A DNA stretch of 63,068 bases, counting the filler, from Octopus bimaculoides (lineage: Eukaryota), in the NCBI RefSeq assembly GCF_001194135.2. It is 4 parts of 3 records of this genome, joined end to end, with 100 filler letters (N's around TTAATTAATTAA, not from the genome) between each part and the next. Parts side by side here need not be neighbours in the genome. Positions count along the whole stretch, not along the records: positions 26,677 to 50,361 come from NC_068987.1; 3 more parts are not named here. One strand, given 5' to 3'. Position 1 is the first letter of the stretch, and each line of letters begins with the position of its first letter. The notes under the pieces were generated by a model. The model was not told where the DNA came from and did no database searches. It worked only from the letters and a program-made list of their open reading frames with translations. Below, piece after piece: positions 33,592 through 46,800 of the stretch. A program made the position numbers and the translations under genes.

Positions 33592-34849
33592 GACTTATGT
33601 ATGTATGTACGTATGTATGTATGTATGTATGTGTGTATGTATGCATGTATATATGTATGTATGTATATATATATATATATAAATATATATANNNNNNNNN
33701 NNNNNNNNNNNNNNNNNNNNNNNNNNNNNNNNNNNNNNNNNNNNNNNNNNNNNNNNNNNNNNNNNNNNNNNNNNNNNNNNNNNNNNNNNNNNNNNNNNNN
33801 NNNNNNNNNNNNNNNNNNNNNNNNNNNNNNNNNNNNNNNNNNNNNNNNNNNNNNNNNNNNNNNNNNNNNNNNNNNNNNNNNNNNNNNNNNNNNNNNNNNN
33901 NNNNNNNNNNNNNNNNNNNNNNNNNNNNNNNNNNNNNNNNNNNNNNNNNNNNNNNNNNNNNNNNNNNNNNNNNNNNNNNNNNNNNNNNNNNNNNNNNNNN
34001 NNNNNNNNNNNNNNNNNNNNNNNNNNNNNNNNNNNNNNNNNNNNNNNNNNNATAAATGCATACATACAAACGTACATACAGACAAACAGACAGACATACA
34101 TGCAGACTGATTGAACGGGCTGCCAAACAATTTTCATCTACTGAGTTCACTCACACAAAGCCTCAGGTTACAGTAGGAGAAACTCAGATAAAGTGCGACG
34201 GAGTGGGAATGAACTCGGATGTATATGGCTGCAAAGCGTGCTTAGTAATCACACAGACTGAGTCTTTTGTTTCTCTTTATTTCTGCTTGTTTGTTGTACT
34301 GTGAAGTGTATGGTAATATAGTTTGGATAGAGGACCTAATGATATTTAGGTTGTGAGTTTCTTTCTCGGACCTTGCATCGTGTCCTTAAGCAAGACACTT
34401 TTTTCACATTGTTTCAGTTCACTTAGCTGGCAAAAATGAGTTGTATCTGTAATTTAAAAGGCAAGAGTAGCCACGATCTGTATTACGCTGAACATTAATT
34501 TCAAGAGAGGCTGGAACAGCCATCGTCGTAACCATCGGAATGCCTTTTACACATACTTTAACCCATTTCATGAATAAGGTGACAGACTCAGGGAGAAGAC
34601 CAAGTAAAGACATGCCGACAAAGCCAGGTCCAAGGAGGAAAGGTGTTCAAGGCCATTGAACTTAAATGTAGTTTAGCTTGTTACCAACCGGCGCTGTCTA
34701 AACTGATATTGCGGATCAGTTCATCACAGCGCTGGATGGTGTGATCGATATCCCTGATGCAGTCTGTAGGAGCGTGACATAGCGCCCAATGAAGGTAAAA
34801 TGAGTCTTGGCCAACTTGATGATGAAAAAACTTCCCTGAAATGAAGTCA

Positions 34850-36330
34850 TTTTCGAAGCGAAAATTCCTTGTAGGAAAGACGGAATTACCTCCCCTTTAT
34901 CAATTTCAGTTGTTTTGGAAATGGCTCGGTTTATCTACGTATTCCATTCACTAGTCAGCAAGGAGGGAAGCAAATATTTCAGGACCATCTTGGTCGAAAA
35001 AAGTTTGCATTGTCTGCTTCCTTTGAGGTATGACCAGATTCCTAGAGCTTCTATTTAATCCTGTATAGCATTCCCTCTTCTTTTAATCATATTGTTGCAA
35101 AAAGAGTCCCCTTTACACCAACACGGCTCCAACAGTCAAGTCAGCAGTTGGGAAACCGCAGGCCAGCCCAGCAAGCCAACTTGCTCACAGTGCAAGAAGT
35201 AATCGTACCCGACTGGACGTCTTATGTAACGCGGTTCATCGTCGCCCGGATTCATTTTCACTACTCACATCGCATCTTTACACCGACTGTATTCATAGTC
35301 AACTTCACATACACTGCTTCCGTAGTCAAATTCAAGCCGACTGCCTTCGTAGCCAACTTCACACTATCTTTTTACTCGTTGTTTTTGTTGGTATCTTCAC
35401 ACTTCGCATTCTTTACGTCACCAATTGATACTCCACGTTCCTTTACCAGTTTAAATCGTCCACCTCACATCAAAGGCGTACAAAACGAAGAAAAACTTAC
35501 AGCCTGATTCAAAGTAGTCACATGATCAATAACATTGTTTCTCCTTCGTCACACTATATAGATGGCGAATGCCGTAACGTTGCACACCTCTGGGCTTCAA
35601 AGCATATTTCTGTATATATCTCCCTTCGTTTTTCTTGCTTCTGCTATTGTTGCTGCTGCTGCTTCTATTACCGCTGCCATTGCCCCTGCTTCTCTCGGCA
35701 CCACCTATGCCCCATAGACCACGGCCTAATAGTTGCATCGACTTCATACTGGGCACTGACCCTTAACCCTACATGAGCATCCTGCTTCTGTGCGGGATTT
35801 AGGGGCATCCGTTAAAACCCTTTTTACACTTGGAGCACAGCTGAATGAAACCTTTATATTGTGTCTTATATTAAGCAATCATCCGTACAAATGGGATTAC
35901 GTGAAATGCTTATCTACTAATTTAAGGAAGATCCTTCCTATGCAGATTTTGATGTCCGGGGAGAAGAGTGCGGCAAACCAAAAGACCTAACGGTGGACCT
36001 TTCTTTTGTGAGTTCTTGGTCCCGGTATGTAGGAGGGGGTCCTTAAACACGGGGACTGCTAAAGCCTTGTTGTAATAGGGGGCTGCACTGTCAAAAATAT
36101 ATTTATTCGTGGACAAGTTCAATATCCTATTACTGACAACCTTCACCTGATTTTTAGACACTATAGGTGGGTGGCAGGATGCCGTTTTAATATACGATAG
36201 CTTTGGTTTGTGATAGGGCCTGTGCGAAAACGTGCCCAAATCGTGCATAACAACTAAAACGTTAAGTACGATAGGGTTGATCACACTTGTAACCTTCAGA
36301 CCAAGGGAGCTAAGCGACAATTGACTCAAG
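34850..36330 (-). mobile_element. Degenerate Penelope-like element (RT thumb, linker, GIY-YIG C-terminus)
   Basis: RPYHKPKLSYIKTASCHPPIVSKN...AAPYYNKAL and WFAALFSPDIKICIGRIFLKLVDKHF..NIKVSFSC, with stops and frameshifts. Confidence 0.88.
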
Positions 36331-38224
36331 TAGCATCCTCATGTGATCCTCGTGTAGAGTTTTTATGACGATGTGAATATATTGAGTAACAAAGATCGTA
36401 TGATTCTATGTCCGTAAAGCGAGTATCTATTGTGACTATGTATATACGCACAGAAGATGGGGCAGCTATAAAACACAAACAACCTGCTGGCCTATTGTTA
36501 TACACTCTGCAACCGGCGAGCGTAAAGAATCGACCATGAGTCCGAAAATGTACATTCTAAAAACTCTTTAGAGCAGAAGCATTTTATATAGTCGGTGATT
36601 ATGGCTATTTAGAAAGTGACCATTGGTCTCACATTTATTATTGTACCTGGCAATATGGGCGACACATCGGACCTGCTAGCCAGATAATGGAGCTAAAATT
36701 ACTATTTTGGTCAGCTTGGTGGATAAAAAGAAAGCAAACACAAACTGGTTTCGCTCATGTGGATTTTGTTCTACCGAATTCTCTTGCGACAAGTGTTATC
36801 GCTCTTTCTCAAGTCTGTTTGCTTTTGAGCTGTACATGGGCGTTCGCACATTCTTTGTGCCAATGGTGAGTGATGTCACTGATTTGTTCTTCTTTGTGTT
36901 TCGACCGGATGGATTCCCGCCTCCCAGAGTATGCAAACTAGGTTGAGATGAAGTGTGTTATGCTTAGAGCACCTCTTCTACCCTCTTCCACAGACCATTA
37001 AGGTGAGAAGAGAAATAGGTCAATCCCCAGACGCTCAGGAGTCTGATAAAAATCCAACTACTGCTTCGGTCAGTGGGGTGCGACCCTATGTTATAGGCAG
37101 CCTGCGTGTAGGTTTGCGAATACTTCTTCCAGTGCATTCATACCTGCTGCTTTGTCATGATAGACATTTAAATTAAGACATCAAAAGAGTGAGAGAGGGG
37201 ATGAGGGAGAATGAGTAATGGATAGCGACAGATACAAACTGCAACATAAGCAGACACATTCACACACACACAAGCCTTGACACATTATATACTTGTAACC
37301 GATGGAAAATGATAGTGATAAACGTAGAATTTCAAACATCGAATGATAAATAAATATCATTTGTCATTTGCCATTTCATCATATGACTTGAAGTTGCGTC
37401 TTGGAAATTGCGATTTTTTGGCTTGCACCTGACATGGATTAAAGTGAGGGAGAGATGCGCAGCATCATCTGACACCCACAATCGTCCCTTCCTATTTGAT
37501 TCCAGTAGCAGGACGATGTCGAGAGATAGGTCGGTGTGCAGTGAATGGCTGCAATGTTGTTCGTGTCTCGCTGGCTCATGTCCACCCCTATATGCATGCT
37601 GGTCTGCATTCCTATTGTTGAACCAATCTCGTAATTTCATTTGCAAAGTTCACTGGCTTAAGTCTTTCCATGCATAGGTAGACAAACACTTGCTCACTGA
37701 GGGCTGAAAGCCATCTTCTACACTTACTATGGATTAGCCGGGCTGTGTAAGCCGTTAACTAAGGTGTAGCAGCAGTTGCGTGTAGACAGCTTCGAGGAGC
37801 CACAGGTGAGAGCTAGTCCTTAAGTAAGGACCGAAGTGATCGAACAGCTACGAAGAACACTACACGTTCCCCCATCAGAGGTACTACCCCATCCAGACGA
37901 CCATACACGCACACACGCATATACTCACACTCGCACACACACACACAAACATACATACATACATACATACATACATACATACATACATACATACCAAGAT
38001 TTTCTGTGTCTGTCTCGCTTTCCACCTCCCTCAACTATACTCCGAAGAATGCTTTGGTGCAGAGAGTTGTAATGAGATACAAGAACGTACCAGTTAAGCT
38101 TCCGTCATGTTACATGCACAAGTGGTTGCTGTGTGCGAGCGGATTTCTTGACTTGCTGCCTGACAGGCTGTGTAATAGCCATCTGAATCAGGTCATCTGT
38201 AAGAATCCAGCTCACATACAAGCT

Positions 38225-38520
38225 CCCACACACATAGAGATGGAACAAAGTCGCCAGGGTCTTAGATGGTGTTAGTGAATTTGCGCCGTGATATGGGTGC
38301 TGAAATCTCAAAAACACCAAGGGCAGGATGGAGGGCATTTAACTCAAAAAAGGATTATTCCAAACAAAGCTAGAAACGCCGTATGTGAATAGCGCCGTTC
38401 TGCCTGCGCTTTTATAGGCAAGGGAGATGTTGCCTGATATGAAGAGGATAGAACATGGATTGGCTATGATCCAGCAGGCCACAGAAAGATCCATGTTAAG
38501 AATAACATTAAGAGAAAACA
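38225..38520 (+). mobile_element. RTE-clade LINE RT C-terminal fragment
   Basis: RAGWRAF..VNSAVLPALL*ARE..QQATERSMLRI matches the RTE FNSTVLPA.LY.SETW..QRAMERSML pattern. Confidence 0.75.
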
Positions 38521-38994
38521 TTTGAAATTAGATAATACAAAAAAACTGCAGAGTAAACGTTGTGATCGCAATGTACCGAAAGAAGGAGTGCAGCTGAAAC
38601 TGGGAAGTCGATTTAGTCAATGTATTTGCGTCAAGATTGAAAAGAATGCAGCAATCAAGAAAGAACTGTAAGCAGTGGTGTATGATAGCATCTGATAGCC
38701 TGCTCGATACAGTGATACTGAGATATATAGTTTAGTGATCCGTTATAAGTCGGATCAACAAGGAACGACTTCATCCAATGAGCGATAAATATCATATAAT
38801 ATAAACAGTATTTAAATACGAGCTCCTAATAGTTTAATGCTAGGGAGACAGAATGATTCATCCGATTTACATATCATTGCTTGTGTCTCCAAGGTACTCT
38901 TCAGTCTCAAATACACAACATGCGTATTCGAGCCTGTGAGATTACGCGTACACACATAAATTGCAGGTAGTTTGATATCAGATTAAAGGCACTT

Positions 38995-39430
38995 GTTGAA
39001 TCTACCCTCAGAGGTAATAAAGCTAATTTATTGGCATATGTTCGTTCTTTGGATGGCAATGGAGTCAGAGATGAATTTTGCCAGACATCTTAAAACGGAC
39101 AGGAGAGGTGAAACAATTTTTAAAGAAGTTGCAACTTATTTCAAGGAAAATAATAATCCCTTCAAAAATATAACAGCTTGTGCTAATGCAGGTGCTCCAT
39201 CTATGATTGGATGGTTTTATTGCGTATTTTGCATACACTGTGGGCATTTTGCACCGTGTGTGATACGCAGACAACACTTTGTTGTAAAACAATTTTAATT
39301 GATGTCTGCTCGATGTCCTTAATATTGAATTAAAAGTTGTTTAGTATATTAAATCAAATTCTTTACGAGACCGCATCTTTCATGAATGCTGTAATCAAAT
39401 TAATGAGTTTGAACGTCTTGTAATATGTGT
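38995..39430 (+). mobile_element. hAT (Charlie/Buster, SCAND3/ZBED-like) transposase fragment
   Basis: ESTLRGN..LLAYVR, FARHLKTDRRGETIF..YFKENN.P.KNITACA..GAPSM, CVIRRQH and YIKSNSLRDRIFHE. Confidence 0.85.
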
Positions 39431-39606
39431 ATATATGCTGAATTTTACTCCGGTCTTCCGTAAATATTCTCTGATGATTTTGAGACTGCGATTTCTTCTG
39501 GAAACAGTGAACCATGTCCTTTGACGCCCGTGTGTGTGTGTGAGCGCGCTTGTGTGAGTAAATATGAATGAAAAATATGCATTTGCATAGCGATACATAA
39601 GGATGC

Positions 39607-39639
<33 letters not shown>

Positions 39640-39679
39640 TACACATATGGATGTATGTATGTATGTATGTATGTATGTA

Positions 39680-39712
<33 letters not shown>

Positions 39713-40349
39713 GTATGTATATGTATATGTATATATANNNNNNNNNNNNNNNNNNNNNNNNNNNNNNNNNNNNNNNNNNNNNNNNNNNNNNNNNNNNNNN
39801 NNNNNNNNNNNNNNNNNNNNNNNNNNNNNNNNNNNNNNNNNNNNNNNNNNNNNNNNNNNNNNNNNNNNNNNNNNNNNNNNNNNNNNNNNNNNNNNNNNNN
39901 NNNNNNNNNNNNNNNNNNNNNNNNNNNNNNNNNNNNNNNNNNNNNNNNNNNNNNNNNNNNNNNNNNNNNNNNNNNNNNNNNNNNNNNNNNNNNNNNNNNN
40001 NNNNNNNNNNNNNNNNNNNNNNNNNNNNNNNNNNNNNNNNNNNNNNNNNNNNNNNNNNNNNNNNNNNNNNNNNNNNNNNNNNNNNNNNNNNNNNNNNNNN
40101 NNNNNNNNNNNNNNNNNNNNNNNNNNNNNNNNNNNNNTATATGTTTGTGTGTCTGTATTTGTCCCCCCAGATTCGCTTGACTACCGATGCTGGTGTGTTT
40201 GCGTCCCCGTAACCTGTCGGTTCGGCAAAAAGAGACCGATAGAATAAGTACTAGGCTTACAAAGAATAAGTCCTGGGGTCGAGTTGCTCGACTAAAGGCG
40301 GTGCCCCAGCATGGCCGCAGTCAAATGACTGAAACAAGTAAAAGAGTAA

Positions 40350-41920
40350 AAGAGTAAAAGAGAAACTATAATAGTTGATAAGTTGAAGTTAAATTTGTGG
40401 TCGAATACAGACCAAGTCATCGGGTGGTTTAATTCTATTGAGGACAAGAAAAATACTAAATTCATTCAATTTGATATAGCTAATTTTTAGGCATCCATTA
40501 ACCCGATCATATTGAATAAGGCACTATGTTGTTTTCATAATACGGCAGGGCTTACTAGAGAAGAAATTAAAGTGATATTAGCTGCTAGAAAATCTTTTGT
40601 TAGTTTTAATGATAACGTATGGATACGTAAGGATACACCGGATGCTTTCGATGTCCCCATGGGGAGCTCGGACTCTGCACAAATAGCTGATATTGTAGGT
40701 TCTTTTATTCTTTATGAATTGGATGATCAATTTCCTATGGTTAGGGGGTATATATAGGGATGATTGCCTTTTATATATTAGGAATAGCTCCAACCAACAA
40801 TTACAGAGAATTAAAGGTAGATTGTCTAGATTTTTTCGTAGAATGGGGATGAATATCATTTATGAAGGCGATATTTCTTTAGCTAATTTCTTAGAAGTGA
40901 CATTAGATATTAAAAATGAGACATATAGACCATATCATAAACCTAGAAAAATTATATCATCCTAGAAAAATTATCGATAATTTAGTAAGAAATATTTCAT
41001 TAAGACTTTCTGAAAATGATATGGTTTTTGATAATGAAGCTCAATTCTATAATTTGGCATTAAATAGGGCAGGATAGAAAGAGAAGGTTTACTATGTCAA
41101 ACCTGATTGTAACAATATTAAGACAGATATGAATTATAAGAATAATAAGTATAAGAATAAGTTAAGAGGAAATAAGGAAAATAAACCCAGAGATATTCAT
41201 AAACGTAACATAGGTAATTAAAATCTTTTTAAGAATTATACAAATAAATGCGATAACACTAAAGATGATAATGTATGGTTCATAATCCCTTTTGATAGAA
41301 ATGTTAAATCTAATGTGATTGCACAGTTTAGAGAGGTGATAAGTAGATATTTCCCAAAGGGTTCACATTATGGTAAAATTATTAATGCACACAGCATTAG
41401 GTTTGATTTCTCAAACACTAAGAACTTAGCCCAAATAATTGCAGCTCATAATTTTAAAATACTTAAATCAAAGGGAATTGGGGAGAATAGTGATGAGAAC
41501 CCTGATATAATTAATCGTACTAGGATTACAGTAACAGAGGTTAACCCCAGAAGATTGAAGTTTGAAGGCCTAAATGCTAGATCGAAGAATATAGTTTATC
41601 AATGTAAGGTAACGACTCAAACAGATTTTAACATATACGTGGGTTGTTCTTCGGGACAAATTTGTAAACGAATATCGAATCATTATAATACGTTTAGAGA
41701 TAGAAGTAAAATGGCGAATACTAGTCTTAGTAAATTTATTTGGGAACTGAAGGAACAAAAAAAGCAATATTCGTTAGAATGGTCAATTATTAGAAAACTT
41801 TTCCTTATGACAAAGGTAAGAGATATTGCTCGTTGTGTAATCTAGAATTATTTTTAAAATTATTTTCTAAGGGTAAGTTAATAAATAAACTCACATACAA
41901 TGCGTTCAGATGTAGTTATT
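40350..41920 (+). mobile_element. Penelope-like element, 5'-truncated and degenerate (RT plus GIY-YIG)
   Basis: FIQFDIANF, FDVPMGSSDSAQIADIVG, IYRDDCL, NFLEVTLD..YRPYHKP, WFI.PF and NIVYQCKV..IYVG..KRISNH..TSLSKFIWELK..LEWSII. Confidence 0.95.
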
Positions 41921-43544
41921 TTTTTAGACATAAGTTTTTCTGGTTTAAATAAATTATAAATTTCAGTATTATCGGGTATTATATAATATTAGGTTTAAAA
42001 GACAGGATATATTATCTGCNNNNNNNNNNNNNNNNNNNNNNNNNNNNNNNNNNNNNNNNNNNNNNNNNNNNNNNNNNNNNNNNNNNNNNNNNNNNNNNNN
42101 NNNNNNNNNNNNNNNNNNNNNNNNNNNNNNNNNNNNNNNNNNNNNNNNNNNNNNNNNNNNNNNNNNNNNNNNNNNNNNNNNNNNNNNNNNNNNNNNNNNN
42201 NNNNNNNNNNNNNNNNNNNNNNNNNNNNNNNNNNNNNNNNNNNNNNNNNNNNNNNNNNNNNNNNNNNNNNNNNNNNNNNNNNNNNNNNNNNNNNNNNNNN
42301 NNNNNNNNNNNNNNNNNNNNNNNNNNNNNNNNNNNNNNNNNNNNNNNNNNNNNNNNNNNNNNNNNNNNNNNNNNNNNNNNNNNNNNNNNNNNNNNNNNNN
42401 NNNNNNNNNNNNNNNNNNNNNNNNNNNNNNNNNNNNNNNNNNNNNNNNNNNNNNNNNNNNNNNNNNNNNNNNNNNNNNNNNNNNNNNNNNNNNNNNNNNN
42501 NNNNNNNNNNNNNNNNNNNNNNNNNNNNNNNNNNNNNNNNNNNNNNNNNNNNNNNNNNNNNNNNNNNNNNNNNNNNNNNNNNNNATATATATATATATAT
42601 ACATATATATATAAGTATATTGTTTTGTCTTGGGAGAGTCATTATGCCAATATAGTTAACACACGCACTCGCTCAATTCCACTTGCTTATTATTAGCCAA
42701 TTGGTCAGATACCCTCTTAACTAATCGATTAATTGATTTATTTTGTTTTTGTTTGTTCTAAGCTCTTACGTTGCTACTTACAATCTTTTCAATAGCTAGT
42801 CTCTGAAATGGCTGCAAGTAGCAACGAAAGAACTAATATTAATAAAGAGCTAAGATTAATGAAGAGATGATTTCAAGCAACATTTTTCAAGACGTTCTTT
42901 AAATAGGTTTCTTGGCCTGAGTGTGCCAAACTAAAAAGTTAGTGGATAAGGTATCCAAATTGGAATGTGGTGGTCTAAATCACAATTTCTTCAAGACACC
43001 TGAAAAATTAGCAAGGACCCTAATTTACTATATTGCATCCGTAGACCTCCAAAATTTTATATGAACTACCAAGGTTCATGTGAACCCCGCTTTAGAGCAC
43101 ATGGTCGAAATAGTAGGTTTCGTCACATGCAACTGAAATTTAGAAAAGCAATAACATTGGTATTTAGAATATACTACTCAGAAATGTGTTATATGTAATC
43201 TTCTTTTAAGTTATTATTTCTCTTTTCACAATTAATAATCATTTCATTATTGCATAATCACATTTATGTGTAATAAAAGTTATATTATAATTATTGTGTA
43301 TATGACATATTACCTGATATTACTTATGGTCCAAAGTTACTCGTCGTATGACGTGTAATAATGTACTTCATATTATACTAGAAACTCTAAATTTTATGTC
43401 AATGAACAATTATACAATGTTTATATTCCACCATTGTTTTAGCAAATACTAGTTGTCTTCAGGTAAACTATGAAAAAGTGAATTTGTGGCCAACGAAAGG
43501 ACTTATATGTAAGAATTGAAACAAATACTAAAATATTTTATTCA

Positions 43545-43598
43545 TGTGTTGTCGTGGTCGTCGTCGTCATATTAAATGTGGTTTTTATGTGGTACGTA

Positions 43599-43656
<58 letters not shown>

Positions 43657-43960
43657 AGACGTATATACACTCATATACAAAATGTGTCGTGGTGGTGGTG
43701 ATGATAGTGGTGGTGGTGGTGGTAGTGGTATAAAATGTCCTTTACCATCTCCTACGTAATGAACGTGCAAATGCACACACACTGAGAGACACATACATAC
43801 ATATACACAAAATTTGTCATCGTCGTCGTTGGTATAAAATTCTTTTACTATGTCGTACGTAACGAACGCGCAAACACACACACACTGACAAATACACACT
43901 CATATACGAAAGATTATGTCGTCTTCGTCGTTGTCATCGTGAAAATTGTCCTTTACTATA
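43545..43960. repeat. Degenerate composite minisatellite, about four units each with a (GTC/GTG)n tract, a tacgtaa core and (CA)n
   Basis: Recurrent aaaatt(g)tcctttactat..tacgtaa(c/t)gaacg motif. Confidence 0.7.
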
Positions 43961-45249
43961 GCTGAATATAGCAAGATTATTTTCGAGAAAATGTTATATT
44001 GTTTTAATCCAAATGAAAATAAAAATTGCATGTTGACACTCGCGGGTTCTAATAGAATTACCTTGTAAAATTTGATTTGATTTGATTTGGTGGAGCCGCT
44101 CGGAATGCATAGGGAACAGACAGGCGGACTGACAGATAGACAGACAGACAAAGAATTTTATATAGAAAGAGATACAGATATATATATATATANNNNNNNN
44201 NNNNNNNNNNNNNNNNNNNNNNNNNNNNNNNNNNNNNNNNNNNNNNNNNNNNNNNNNNNNNNNNNNNNNNNNNNNNNNNNNNNNNNNNNNNNNNNNNNNN
44301 NNNNNNNNNNNNNNNNNNNNNNNNNNNNNNNNNNNNNNNNNNNNNNNNNNNNNNNNNNNNNNNNNNNNNNNNNNNNNNNNNNNNNNNNNNNNNNNNNNNN
44401 NNNNNNNNNNNNNNNNNNNNNNNNNNNNNNNNNNNNNNNNNNNNNNNNNNNNNNNNNNNNNNNNNNNNNNNNNNNNNNNNNNNNNNNNNNNNNNNNNNNN
44501 NNNNNNNNNNNNNNNNNNNNNNNNNNNNNNNNNNNNNNNNNNNNNNNNNNNNNNNNNNNNNNNNNNNNNNNNNNNNNNNNNNNNNNNNNNNNNNNNNNNN
44601 NNNNNNNNNNNNNNNNNNNNNNNNNNNNNNNNNNNNNNNNNNNNNNNNNNNNNNNNNNNNNNNNNNNNNNNNNNNNNNNNNNNNNNNNNNNNNNNNNNNN
44701 NNNNNNNNNNNNNNNNNNNNNNNNNNNNNNNNNNNNNNNNNNNNNNNNNNNNNNNNNNNNNNNNNNNNNNNNNNNNNNNNNNNNNNNNNNNNNNNNNNNN
44801 NNNNNNNNNNNNNNNNNNNNNNNNNNNNNNNNNNNNNNNNNNNNNNNNNNNNNNNNNNNNNNNNNNNNNNNNNNNNNNNNNNNNNNNNNNNNNNNNNNNN
44901 NNNNNNNNNNNNNNNNNNNNNNNNNNNNNNNNNNNNNNNNNNNNNNNNNNNNNNNNNNNNNNNNNNNNNNNNNNNNTTTACATATATATATATATATATA
45001 TGAGAGGAGAAAACAAAGTATATACATAGATGCATTGATCTATATGATGTATAAAAAAGATTTCTAAGAATTTACAAATACATACATAAACACAAAATGT
45101 TATAAATATATAAAAAGTCATACACATATAAAATTTTACAAACAAACAAATATTCATAAATATAAATATATAAAATGCGTAAGTCCGAATGAAGAGGATG
45201 ATAAAGCGGATGTAAAATGATTCATAAGGAGTCTGGAACATGTATAAAA

Positions 45250-46800
45250 TCTATGTATAAAGTCTTACGGCCGTTTCGAAAAGATATAGGTTAGTATGGG
45301 CGAGCTAACTCCAACCGTAGCAATACTCTATATTTCTCTCATCAGAGTTAATAGAATCACAAGGTTAAATTTTGTTTTTTAAATGGTAGGTTAAATAATT
45401 TAATAAAAATCGAATGTTTGATCGGACCATTCTCTTCGGACATATGATATTAAACATAAAGTATAACACAAGGTATATTACGACGCTATATATAATATAT
45501 ATAAGTTTTAGAAGAGTCCATAATATGAAGTAAGGCTAAATAAAAATCCTATAGTTTAATTATTTTTGAAAAATTTAAACGTTGAAAGATATTTGTGTCT
45601 ACAGGTAATTATAACGTCAGATATTTCATTGAGTAAACTATTTTTGTTGGCTCGGATTGTGTGGATCGCCTCCTTCGTGCATAAATCGCAATTCTTCGTG
45701 TGGGTATTATAAGGTGTGGCTTCTCTTATTATAGACCATTTCATACTGAATTCTTTGTTGTTCATTTTTAATTTATTGGTCTATGTAGCTAGTGTAGTTG
45801 AGTTTTTTGTTTCGTGTTTAGTGAACGAGTTTATATGTGCCCTATATATACTTTTAAAATCCATAGAACTATCTATGTAAATCTTTTTAGGTTCATTTAG
45901 GGTTCAGACTTCGATTTTATATACGGTATTTCTCCTTAAATAGAAGCCTTTAAGGGGACAAAATTCCTATTACGACAATTACATGTTTTTATTTTGTTTC
46001 CGGGTTTAATCTCACTATTTTTTGTATCCAAGTCCTTATTATTGTTCTTCGTGTTAGGATCATCTAGGTTATCTCCAATCGTTTCGTTATTTCTACGTTT
46101 AAGTTTGTTATTTGCTGCGATGATAGATCCAAGATTGGGTGTGGAAGAATAGGTTAATTTAAGACACGAACTATTAAATATCGAATGATATTTATGACGG
46201 GGTGAGGAAGTTCCTATTGATAATGCTAAAAAATATCTTAGGGAGGTTTTCTTACCTGGAGGTAGAAAGGGGGTGTAAACCATAGAATTTCCCATTTCCT
46301 CCCAGAATAGATCTTATTCTGCCTCGTATCGTTATTGCTATACTTGAAACATCTATAGAGTCTAGATACACTTTGATACATTTTAGTGTTGTTGCTTTCT
46401 AAATTCGGTGGGGTTATTTATAGGATGTGAGTGAATGTTAGAATTCGTAATATTTGGAAACTGTTTGCCTAATCCTTTTTAAATATCGTGTTTTTAATAT
46501 TGTATATTTTAATGTTAAAACCGCTGTCTTTTAGTGCTGTATTATAAAGGGGTGCAAACTCTTAAATATTTTTTTCATTTGCGGACACATTAGATATTCT
46601 TATCGATACGCCTTTAATCATCCCCTTAATAAAACTTTGGGGATGGTTTGATAAGGCGTGAATATGCTTCATAGTTCTGTTAAGTTTGTGATGGGGGTAG
46701 AATAAGCCATTATCCAAATTTAATGTTACATCCAATATGTTAACACATTTAGAGACATTTTCAAATATGATATCTAATTTGCATAATTTTAAAAGTCTTG
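45250..46800 (-). mobile_element. Penelope-like element, second family, tail-to-tail with the 40350-41920 copy
   Basis: VNILDVTLNLDNGLFYPHHK..HALSNHP..RISN..APLYNTALKDSGF, YTPFLP..KLTYSSTPNLGSIIAANN, CNCRN and KWSIIREATPYN..CDLCTKE..LLNE..CRHKY. Confidence 0.93.
45261..45350 (-). ncRNA. Type-I hammerhead ribozyme motif in the PLE 3' UTR
   Basis: ct-CTGATGA-G[long helix II agaaatatag..ctatatctttt]C-GAA-ACGGCCGT-A-ag: intact core, palindromic helix III and GUA site; helix I is only about 2 bp. Confidence 0.7.

Noticed and set aside
34670-34735. Possible hammerhead relic downstream of the 34850-36330 PLE
   Set aside because: A helix-II-like hairpin is present, but both core segments are too degenerate to call.
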